From the NCBI GenBank assembly GCA_965601585.1, contig CBFCWH010000006.1, positions 109,418 through 133,417 of the forward strand: 24,000 bases of DNA, written 5' to 3'. The notes below the pieces were generated by a model that saw only the letters and a list, made by a program, of their open reading frames with translations, did no database searches and had not been told where the DNA came from. The number at the start of each line of letters is the position of its first letter. The stretch's first letter is position 1. This document shows positions 8,322-15,977 of this stretch, piece after piece. The stretch is from an uncultured bacterium. Lineage in GTDB: Bacteria; Bacillota_I; Bacilli_A; Izemoplasmatales; Izemoplasmataceae. A program made the position numbers and the translations under genes.

Positions 8322-9350
8322 ATGAAATATAGAGATATTGAAAAATACAAAAGAAGAGAACTAAGATGTTTTCAAATACCAAAAAGTATTATTAAAGCTT
8401 TTGATAGACTAAAGGAAGTTGAAACTTGTATTGCTGACAATAAACCTTTCTATATGTTAGGTGTCAAAAACACGGATTACATAACCGACGAAGTAATTAA
8501 AAAACTGCAATCAAATAACTACTTTCCCTTTAGCATTGATAAGATGTCTAGAGGTGGCAGAGCGGTAGACATTGATTTAATCAATCCCATCACGGGTAAA
8601 GTCATGACTGGATCTTCAAGTGGAACAGCTATCAATGTATTAGAGGACATCAATGATATTGGTCTTGGTACAGATGGTGGTGGTTCAGTTTTAGCACCAG
8701 CAATGAGTTTGAATCTGTATGGAATTATCTCACCACTGTTCTATAGAGATGAAACATACATCAAGAAATCTACAGATGGAATATCCTTTGTTCCTTCACT
8801 TGGATTTATATCAAAAGATATTAAACTAATAAAGCAAACAACAAGACTGTTTATCCCTGAAACAGTAACATCAAACATAAGAGTTGTTATTCCTAAAAAA
8901 GGGAATATCATACTTGAAACAGGGCGAGATGTAAATGAAACTATTTCATCAAACTTGAGCCGTTCTGGAATTGAAGTTGAAGAAGTCATATATCCAAACA
9001 TATTTGGAGACAGACAACCTAATATATCTTTTCTATCTGAGATGTTAAATAAGTATGATGTTATTCTCTCATATGAGGGACCAATTGATTACTATGGATT
9101 TGGAGACTCAGTATTTGGATTATTTAATGATGTATCGAGGAATGACCAGGAGAAATCAATGAAAGGTCTTATTCGAGTTGTAAATATGGTGGAAGCATCA
9201 GCCTTAGTGGTACCAGCAAACGATTTTTCGAGTGGGTATGTTATAATCGCTAAATCAACACAAAAAGGTCTTCAATGCCTTTTCGAGATTGAGACAAAAC
9301 TCACAAATAAACTATCTAATACTTTATATGATAGATACTTCACTATATAG
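8322..9350 (+). CDS. Compact amidase-signature (AS) family hydrolase-like protein, 342 aa
   Basis: SD AGGAG (8309-8313) lies 8 nt before ATG 8322. The track start at 8280 sits 1 nt after an SD-like sequence that is buried in the hairpin. TGSSSGTAINVLEDINDIGLGTDGGGSVLAPA (nt 8607-8702; GSSSG at 8610-8624) follows the order and spacing of the classical AS core GGSSGG...G[ST]DxGGS[IV]RxPA. Confidence 0.55.
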   Translation: MKYRDIEKYKRRELRCFQIPKSIIKAFDRLKEVETCIADNKPFYMLGVKNTDYITDEVIKKLQSNNYFPFSIDKMSRGGRAVDIDLINPITGKVMTGSSSGTAINVLEDINDIGLGTDGGGSVLAPAMSLNLYGIISPLFYRDETYIKKSTDGISFVPSLGFISKDIKLIKQTTRLFIPETVTSNIRVVIPKKGNIILETGRDVNETISSNLSRSGIEVEEVIYPNIFGDRQPNISFLSEMLNKYDVILSYEGPIDYYGFGDSVFGLFNDVSRNDQEKSMKGLIRVVNMVEASALVVPANDFSSGYVIIAKSTQKGLQCLFEIETKLTNKLSNTLYDRYFTI

Positions 9351-9353
9351 CAT

Positions 9354-9382
9354 TTGACTAAACATCAAATTTCTTTTATAAT
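9354..9382 (+). promoter_or_regulatory. Sigma-A type promoter P2 (TTGACT-17-TATAAT) for yhfZ-yhfY-php-yhfS-yhfX-yhfW-nagB
   Basis: TTGACT at 9354-9359, a 17-nt spacer, and consensus TATAAT at 9377-9382. Confidence 0.8.
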
Positions 9383-9385
9383 TAA

Positions 9386-9404
9386 AATGTACAATATTTT
9401 GTAC
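9386..9404 (+). promoter_or_regulatory. Operator O2: AATGTACAATATTTTGTAC
   Basis: Exact 19-nt repeat of 6526-6544. It starts 4 nt after the -10 box and ends just before the SD AAGGAGG of the regulator gene. Confidence 0.7.
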
Positions 9405-9418
9405 TATAAGGAGGAAAT

Positions 9419-10333
9419 ATGGTTCTAGAATATAATAAAACATCACAAGTGGTGTTAGAAATAGTAAAAGATTTATTCACGTTAGATATTGGAGATAAGA
9501 TGAAATCTGTAAGAGCATATGTGCAATTACTAGATTCATCACAAGGTACTGTGCAAAATGCAATAAACTACTTAATTGAAACAGGTGGTATTGCTATAGA
9601 TAAACGTGGTTCACAAGGAAGCTATTTGACGAAATTTGATAAGAACATTGTATTATCGTTAATTGGAAAACAGTACATTACTGGTTGTATGCCTTTACCT
9701 TATTCAAAAAGGTATGAAGGAATCGCATCAGGATTAAGTGGACTTGGAAATGATGTAATGAGATTTCATTTAATGTATATGAGAGGTTCTACAAACCGTT
9801 TATCAAGATTAAACGAAGGTACTGTAGATTATGCGATTACTTCACATTCTGCAGCTCTAAGAGCAATACAATCAGGAATGCAATTTGAAATAGTCAAAAC
9901 ATTTGGAGAAAACTCATTCGTTTCGAAGCATGTTCTTGTGAAATCAAGATCATTTAACGGAGAGATCGATGAGAACACGATTTTAGGTATTGATAAAACA
10001 TCTATCGACCAAGTTGAAATCGCAAAACTTCTTGAGAAGAAGATTAGGATTACATTGAAGTACATTAATGCAAGTCAAATCCATAAGTATTTAGATAATG
10101 GAGAAATTGATGCAACAATTTGGAACTATGACGAAATTGCTGAAAAACAATTAAATTATGATTATCTGAATTTAGATTTTATAGAAGGTCTAGGTAAGTT
10201 TAGCGAAACTGTAATTGTAATCAAATCAGATGATCATTTCATGAGAAAAATCATGCAAGAAGAAGTAAACGTAGAAGAAATACTAAAGATTCAAAAAGAT
10301 GTAATAAATGGAATAATAACACCTATTTACTAA
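9419..10333 (+). CDS. yhfZ: YhfZ-like transcriptional regulator (N-terminal GntR-like wHTH plus C-terminal ligand-binding domain), 304 aa
   Basis: SD AAGGAGG precedes the ATG. SVRAYVQLLDSSQGTVQNAINYLIETGGIAIDKRGSQGSYL is a winged-HTH pattern. The remainder looks like an alpha/beta binding domain. Size and context match YhfZ. Confidence 0.7.
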   Translation: MVLEYNKTSQVVLEIVKDLFTLDIGDKMKSVRAYVQLLDSSQGTVQNAINYLIETGGIAIDKRGSQGSYLTKFDKNIVLSLIGKQYITGCMPLPYSKRYEGIASGLSGLGNDVMRFHLMYMRGSTNRLSRLNEGTVDYAITSHSAALRAIQSGMQFEIVKTFGENSFVSKHVLVKSRSFNGEIDENTILGIDKTSIDQVEIAKLLEKKIRITLKYINASQIHKYLDNGEIDATIWNYDEIAEKQLNYDYLNLDFIEGLGKFSETVIVIKSDDHFMRKIMQEEVNVEEILKIQKDVINGIITPIY

Positions 10334-10343
10334 AGGAGTACTT

Positions 10344-10709
10344 ATGAATAGTCAAACAAAATTAAAATTAAACATATTAAAAGAAAAACAAGTAGTATCA
10401 GAAGCTACAGTAGGGAAAGTATTTATCATCGAGAAACTACTTCGAGAAGCGGTTAAAAACATTGAAAGTTTAGATACTGATTTTATGTATACTCATCTAT
10501 CAATGGCGATTAATAGAGCTGATAAAAACGAGCAACTTACTGAAGACAACATAATAATTAGAGAACAACTTGAAATAAGCGAGTTCTTCAACGAAGCAAC
10601 AGAACTTCTTCAAACAGCATCAACACTAATTAATATTGAGTTTAGTCCAGCAGAACAAACTATGATTTTAGCTCATTTCTGTAATATGATATCTCAAAGA
10701 GGTGAGTAG
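10344..10709 (+). CDS. yhfY: YhfY-like stand-alone PRD-domain protein, 121 aa
   Basis: SD AAAGGAG precedes the ATG. The protein is all-helical, with two His in PRD-like contexts: THLSMAINR (His codon at nt 10494) and LAHFCNM (nt 10674). Size and context match YhfY. Confidence 0.6.
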   Translation: MNSQTKLKLNILKEKQVVSEATVGKVFIIEKLLREAVKNIESLDTDFMYTHLSMAINRADKNEQLTEDNIIIREQLEISEFFNEATELLQTASTLINIEFSPAEQTMILAHFCNMISQRGE

Positions 10710-10710
10710 T

Positions 10711-11589
10711 ATGAATCACAATGGTTATACCTTGATGCATGAACATCTAACAATCGATTTATCTCGAATTAAAGGTGATCCTGACACAATACTCGATGAC
10801 ATTGATGACACCATAAACGAGTTTAAGGAACTTTACAATAACGGAGTAAGAAACATCTTAGATGTTACAAATCACGAAATGGGTCGAGATGACGAATCAA
10901 TTATGCGTATTCAACAGGAAACAGGAATACATATCATAACTTCAACAGGGTACTATAAAGACCCTTTTCTATCAGATGAATATATAAATAAAAGTACAAC
11001 ACAATTAGCTGAGCAATTTATCGAAGAGTTAAATAATGGCTTTAACTCATCATTGAATATACCTAAAGTTATAGGTGAAATTGGGACTAGTAAAAATGAA
11101 ATGACACCAAATGAAAAAAAATTGTTTCAAGCTACAAGCATCGCTCAAATGAAAACTGGATGTGTAATATATACGCACACAACTCTAGGTACCTATGGAC
11201 TTGAGCAAGTAGATTTCTTTAAAGCACAAGGTGTTGAATTAAACAAAGTTATAATAGGGCATGTAGATTTATCAGGTAATAAAGAATACATTACTAAACT
11301 ACTTAAAACTGGAGTAAACGTTGGATTTGATACGATAGGGAAAATAAATTACATGAGAGACGAAATACGTGCTGAAATACTTAAACATATCCAGGATATA
11401 GGAATGATTGATCAAGTTGTTCTATCACTTGATATAACAAGAAAATCTCATTTCAAAGTACATGGTGGAATCGGATACAACTACCTCTTCACAAACTTCA
11501 TTCCTTTGTTAAAAGAATATGGGATTACAGAAGAAAGTATCGATAAAATGTTAAGGCAAAATCCAAACCGACTTTTAGGAGGAAAATAA
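10711..11589 (+). CDS. php: Phosphotriesterase homology protein (amidohydrolase-superfamily, PTE family), 292 aa
   Basis: GYTLMHEHL at the N-terminus. All binuclear-metal ligand contexts are present: HEH, GEIGTS, YTHT, IGHVD, SLDIT. It is collinear with my recollection of E. coli Php. ATG 10711 follows SD AAGAGGTGA, and the track's GTG at 10702 is too close to that SD. Confidence 0.9.
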   Translation: MNHNGYTLMHEHLTIDLSRIKGDPDTILDDIDDTINEFKELYNNGVRNILDVTNHEMGRDDESIMRIQQETGIHIITSTGYYKDPFLSDEYINKSTTQLAEQFIEELNNGFNSSLNIPKVIGEIGTSKNEMTPNEKKLFQATSIAQMKTGCVIYTHTTLGTYGLEQVDFFKAQGVELNKVIIGHVDLSGNKEYITKLLKTGVNVGFDTIGKINYMRDEIRAEILKHIQDIGMIDQVVLSLDITRKSHFKVHGGIGYNYLFTNFIPLLKEYGITEESIDKMLRQNPNRLLGGK

Positions 11590-12683
11590 TGAATACATAT
11601 CCATTAGAAAGTTTGACAGTAAAAGATGCAAAGAATTTACAGTTTCGCATCATTGATGAAATAACAAAAGAGTTTAGAGGATATGACATTCTCTCAAGAG
11701 GTGATTTAGGAGTTCGACAACCCGAAAATATTCCCTTAACTACAAGTAAAGTTGAAACTGTAATAAGTAAAATATTCCATGCACAAGCAGCAATGCTTCT
11801 ACGTGGTTCTGGAACAAACGCAATTAGACAAACTTTATCATTACTATGTGAAACTAATAAAACAGTATTAGTACACGTCGCACCAATATACCCTACAACA
11901 GAACACACATTGAAAATGATTGGAGCAGATATAGTTTACGCTGATTTCAATGATGAATTATCGATTGAGAATGTAATTAAGGACAATCCAAGCATCAAAA
12001 CAGCAATAGTTCAAATCACAAGGCAAAAACTATATGATAGATATAGCACAAGTGAGGTAATTAGAACTATTCAGAAAACTAATTGTGAAATCAACATAAT
12101 TACTGATGATAATTATGCAGTATTCAAAATCCCTCAAATAGGATGTGAAACTGGGTCAGATATATCAGCGTTCTCAACCTTTAAACTTCTGGGACCAGAA
12201 GGAATCGGATGTATCGTTGGAAACAAAGATATAATTGAAAAAATCAAAAAAATGAATTACTCAGGTGGTAGTCAAGTACAAGGACATGAAGCTCTAGATG
12301 TTTTAAGAGGATTCGTATACGCACCCGTATCTCTTGCCATTCAAGCAGAAGTAATTAATGAAGTAAACGATTATATCAACACCACTGGCGTTGAAGGTGT
12401 AGAGAAATGTTATATTGCGAATGCACAATCAAAAGTACTAATTATCAAATTAAAGAATGCGAACGCACAAGAAGTATTACGTGAGTCTGAAAAACTAGGA
12501 GCATTACCTCATCCTGTGGGAGCCGAATCAAAATATGAGTTTTCTCCAATGTTTTATCGTGCATCAGGGACATTCAGAAAAGAGGATCCTAACGCCATTA
12601 ATACGTTGATCCGTATAAACCCGAATCGTTCAGGTTCACAAACAATTTTACGTATTCTCAAAGACGCAATACGCAATGCATAG
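11589..12683 (+). CDS. yhfS: YhfS-like fold-type-I PLP-dependent enzyme (SelA/aminotransferase-like), 364 aa
   Basis: The start overlaps the php stop (TAATG), implying translational coupling. SAFSTFKLLGPEGIG resembles the Schiff-base Lys region of SelA-like PLP enzymes. Size and context match YhfS. Confidence 0.65.
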   Translation: MNTYPLESLTVKDAKNLQFRIIDEITKEFRGYDILSRGDLGVRQPENIPLTTSKVETVISKIFHAQAAMLLRGSGTNAIRQTLSLLCETNKTVLVHVAPIYPTTEHTLKMIGADIVYADFNDELSIENVIKDNPSIKTAIVQITRQKLYDRYSTSEVIRTIQKTNCEINIITDDNYAVFKIPQIGCETGSDISAFSTFKLLGPEGIGCIVGNKDIIEKIKKMNYSGGSQVQGHEALDVLRGFVYAPVSLAIQAEVINEVNDYINTTGVEGVEKCYIANAQSKVLIIKLKNANAQEVLRESEKLGALPHPVGAESKYEFSPMFYRASGTFRKEDPNAINTLIRINPNRSGSQTILRILKDAIRNA

Positions 12684-12695
12684 AGGAGTGATTTC

Positions 12696-13838
12696 ATGTT
12701 TTTAGACAAGCTAATAAAGGAAAATCAATTACTCATTGATTATTCTTTAATGATGCATAAACAAGGCGTTTTCTTACCAGATACCTATGTAATTGACATA
12801 GATCAAGTTATCGAAAATGCAAAAAGAATATTAAATGAATGTGGGAGCGATATAACCCCATACTTCATGCTAAAGCAATTAGGACGTAATCCATATATTG
12901 CAAAGAAACTTATTAACCTTGGATATAGTGGTGCAGTCGCTGTTGACTTCAAGGACGTAATAACATTGATGGAGAATGACATTCCAATACGTCATGTTGG
13001 ACATTTGGTTCAAATTCCATCAAAACTAATTCAAATGGTACTTGAGTATGGTGTTGAGTTCATAACGGTCTATAGTTATGAAAAAGCAGCAGAAATAAGT
13101 AAAGTAGCAAAAAAATTAAACATCACCCAAAAATTATTTGTCAAGATATATTCATCAAAGGAACATCTTTACAATGGACAATATTCAGGATTTCACAAAA
13201 ATGAAGCAATAAGACAAATTAAGGAAATCAATATATTACCTAATGTACAAGTAGAGGGATTAACAACTTTCCCTGCATTTATATACTCTCAAGATAAAGA
13301 TGACGTTGTCGAAACAGAAAACTTACATGCATTACTACAAGTAAAAGATGAACTACAAAAGGAAAACATTCACATAAGTGAAGTCAATCTTCCATCATCA
13401 AACTGTGTATACAACATACCTCTTGCAAAATCCTATGGCGCTACTTCAGTAGAACCAGGACATGGACTTTCAGGTACAACAATGTTACATCAAGATCATA
13501 GTTTAGATGAAAAAATTAGTTATTTATATTTATCAGAAGTATCTCATACTTTTGATAGTGATTCGTATGTATATGGAGGAGGGTTCTACGCTAGAGGTAA
13601 CTTATCAAAAGCACTTGTTACTGTAGATAAAAAACCAGTTAAAGCATATCCTTTATCTCCTGAAAGTATTGATTATCATTTACAAATTGAAGGTATACAT
13701 AAAACAGGTAGTCCTGTAATTATGTGCTTTAGAACACAAATGTTTGTTACAAGAAGTCAAATTGCGTTAGTAGAAGGGTTACACTCAAAAGCACCTAAAA
13801 TTGTCGGAATTTATAACACACAAGGTGGGCAATTATAG
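12696..13838 (+). CDS. yhfX: YhfX-like PLP enzyme with alanine-racemase-type N-terminal barrel, 380 aa
   Basis: SD GAGGAG precedes the ATG. PYFMLKQLGRNP is a candidate PLP-Lys context near the N-terminus, as in fold-type-III enzymes. Size and context match YhfX. Confidence 0.6.
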   Translation: MFLDKLIKENQLLIDYSLMMHKQGVFLPDTYVIDIDQVIENAKRILNECGSDITPYFMLKQLGRNPYIAKKLINLGYSGAVAVDFKDVITLMENDIPIRHVGHLVQIPSKLIQMVLEYGVEFITVYSYEKAAEISKVAKKLNITQKLFVKIYSSKEHLYNGQYSGFHKNEAIRQIKEINILPNVQVEGLTTFPAFIYSQDKDDVVETENLHALLQVKDELQKENIHISEVNLPSSNCVYNIPLAKSYGATSVEPGHGLSGTTMLHQDHSLDEKISYLYLSEVSHTFDSDSYVYGGGFYARGNLSKALVTVDKKPVKAYPLSPESIDYHLQIEGIHKTGSPVIMCFRTQMFVTRSQIALVEGLHSKAPKIVGIYNTQGGQL

Positions 13839-15047
13839 ATGAAAAAATTTATTGTCTTAGTATTGGATGGATTTGGAATAGGAGCTATGAAAGATGTAGC
13901 ACTTGTAAGACCTCAAGATCAAGGTTCTAATACCGCATTGCATATCCTAAAAAATACTAATGTATCACTACCAACACTTGAACTACTCGGATTAATGAAC
14001 TCATTGAATTATCAAAGCAATACTATGAAATTTTCAAACGAAGCAGTCTATGGTTCGTCTGAATTAGCTCATTGGGGTGGAGATACATTCTTTGGTCATC
14101 AAGAGATTATGACAACAAAACCCAGAAAACCTCTTAAAATGGCATTTTCACATGTTATTGATAGAGTTGAAAAAGCATTATTAGAGGCGAATTATCCAAC
14201 GGAAAGAATCAATAGAGATGGTGTATCTTTATTATCTATAAACGATGAAATATTTATTGGAGATAATCTAGAAACCGACCTTGGACAAGTTTACAACGTA
14301 ACAACTTCATTTGACTTTGTGAATTTTTTCGATGCTAAGAAAATCGCACGAATTGTTCGGGAAAATGTAGAGGTAGCTAGAGTGATTGTTTTTGGTGGTA
14401 GACATGTAACTAAAAGTGATCTGAAAGATGCAATAGAAACAAAAGAAGGAAAATATATAGGAGTGAATGCCCCTAAGTCCAAAGTATACATAAACGGTTA
14501 TAAAGTGGAACATTTAGGGTATGGAGTGGATTCTACTGAGCAAGTTCAATCAAAACTATATGAACAGAAAAAGGTGAAAACCGCCTTTATAGGAAAAGTA
14601 GCTGATATCTGCAAGAATGACTATGGAGTTTCGTATTCCATAGTTTCTACAGAAGCAGTAATGAATAAGACAATAGAAGCAGTCCAAAGCAACTTATACG
14701 GTTTTATCTGCGCTAATGTTCAAGAAACTGATCTCGCAGGACATTCAGAAAATCCAAAAATTTACGCTGATAAACTTCAAATTGTTGATGATTATTTACC
14801 AATACTAATCAACTTGCTAAGTGATGAAGATGTGTTAGTTGTTATGGCTGATCATGGAAACGACCCAACTGTAGGTCACTCAAAACATACAAGAGAAAAT
14901 GTGCCGTTATTAATATATCGTAAGAACATAAAAAACAGACAAATCGGTACCCGTAAAACACTCGCAGATGTTGGTGCAACAGTCGCTGATTTTTGGGATG
15001 TTGATAATATTCAGTTTGGCACATCATTCTGGAATAAACTACAATAA
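13839..15047 (+). CDS. yhfW: YhfW-like phosphopentomutase-family metalloenzyme (alkaline-phosphatase superfamily mutase), 402 aa
   Basis: The ATG abuts the yhfX stop (TAGATG). DeoB-like motifs: VLVLDGFGIG, GGDTFFGHQEIM, ETDLAGHSENP, MADHGNDPT...HSKHTRENVPLLIY. Confidence 0.85.
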   Translation: MKKFIVLVLDGFGIGAMKDVALVRPQDQGSNTALHILKNTNVSLPTLELLGLMNSLNYQSNTMKFSNEAVYGSSELAHWGGDTFFGHQEIMTTKPRKPLKMAFSHVIDRVEKALLEANYPTERINRDGVSLLSINDEIFIGDNLETDLGQVYNVTTSFDFVNFFDAKKIARIVRENVEVARVIVFGGRHVTKSDLKDAIETKEGKYIGVNAPKSKVYINGYKVEHLGYGVDSTEQVQSKLYEQKKVKTAFIGKVADICKNDYGVSYSIVSTEAVMNKTIEAVQSNLYGFICANVQETDLAGHSENPKIYADKLQIVDDYLPILINLLSDEDVLVVMADHGNDPTVGHSKHTRENVPLLIYRKNIKNRQIGTRKTLADVGATVADFWDVDNIQFGTSFWNKLQ

Positions 15048-15060
15048 TAGTGAGGCAAAA

Positions 15061-15783
15061 ATGAAACTACTAATTTCTAAAGATTATAACGAACTTTCAA
15101 AGAATGCATTTGAAGTATTCAATAATATAGTTAAAGACAAAAAGAACCCAAGAGTAGGGCTTGCAACAGGAAGTTCACCATTAGGACTATATAATCAAAT
15201 TATCGAGAATTATATAAACACAAGTGCAACATATAGTAATTTTGAAATATTCAATTTAGATGAATATATAGGATTAGAGGATAATAATCCGAATAAGTAT
15301 AGTGCTTTTCTATACGAAAATATTTTAGATAAGGCGAACTTTGATACCACAAAAATCGACTTAATTCTTAATAACGAACACTCTGTTGAAGATGAATGTG
15401 AAAGATATCACAAAAATCTAATTGGTAATCCTTTAGATGTTCAGATTCTTGGATTAGGGGCAAACTGTCATATAGGGTTTAATGAACCTGGGACAAGTTT
15501 TGATTCTACAACTCACATTGTGGAATTACAAGAGAAAACAAGAAAAGATAATGCTCGTTTCTTTAACTCAATAGATGAAGTACCAACAAAAGCTATAACA
15601 GTTGGAATCAAAGATATCATGAGCGCAGACAATATCATTTTGGTCGCTTCTGGGAAAGATAAAGCAGAAGCAGTTAGAAAAATGCTTAAAGATGAGATAA
15701 ATAATAATTGTCCTGCCTCAATACTACGTGTACATAAATCTGTTACCGTGATTATAGACGAGGATGCTTCTCAATTTCTGTAA
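15061..15783 (+). CDS. nagB: Glucosamine-6-phosphate deaminase/isomerase family protein (NagB-like), 240 aa
   Basis: MKLLISKDYNELS..., GLATGSSPLGLY, FNLDEYIGL, LGLGANCHIGFNEPG, ITVGIKDIM. The track start at 14968 overlaps yhfW, and ATG 15061 follows a GTGAGG SD. Confidence 0.85.
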   Translation: MKLLISKDYNELSKNAFEVFNNIVKDKKNPRVGLATGSSPLGLYNQIIENYINTSATYSNFEIFNLDEYIGLEDNNPNKYSAFLYENILDKANFDTTKIDLILNNEHSVEDECERYHKNLIGNPLDVQILGLGANCHIGFNEPGTSFDSTTHIVELQEKTRKDNARFFNSIDEVPTKAITVGIKDIMSADNIILVASGKDKAEAVRKMLKDEINNNCPASILRVHKSVTVIIDEDASQFL

Positions 15784-15832
15784 AATAAACCAATCCTGAC
15801 ATAGAACATATGAATAATTCGACAAAATTAAA

Positions 15833-15871
15833 AGAAAGACATAATAGAAATCAGTTCTATTATGTCTTTCT
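15833..15871. terminator. Perfect 17-bp stem-loop after nagB (orientation ambiguous)
   Basis: AGAAAGACATAATAGAA (15833-15849) / TTCTATTATGTCTTTCT (15855-15871) with a 5-nt loop. The T-tract (TTTAATTTT) is on the minus-strand side. The plus-strand side is followed by AAAATATT. Confidence 0.55.
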
Positions 15872-15977
15872 AAAATATTCTCAATTGTTACATTCTCTCA
15901 ATTTGGAATGACTTGTAATTATACTATTAGTACTATATACTTTAGGGGTAATCTATTAAAAAGTATAGGAGAACATA

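Noticed and set aside
7457-10065. Minus-strand ORFs 7457-7735, 7862-8218, 8741-9001 and 9829-10065
   Set aside because: They are antisense to well-supported genes (yhfT-like, amidase-like, yhfZ-like). There is no start context. Antisense frames of a membrane-protein gene commonly stay open.
11525-11908. 127-aa minus-strand ORF overlapping the php/yhfS junction
   Set aside because: It overlaps two translationally coupled plus-strand genes that carry strong family motifs. Its translation is Cys/Val-rich with no recognisable domain.
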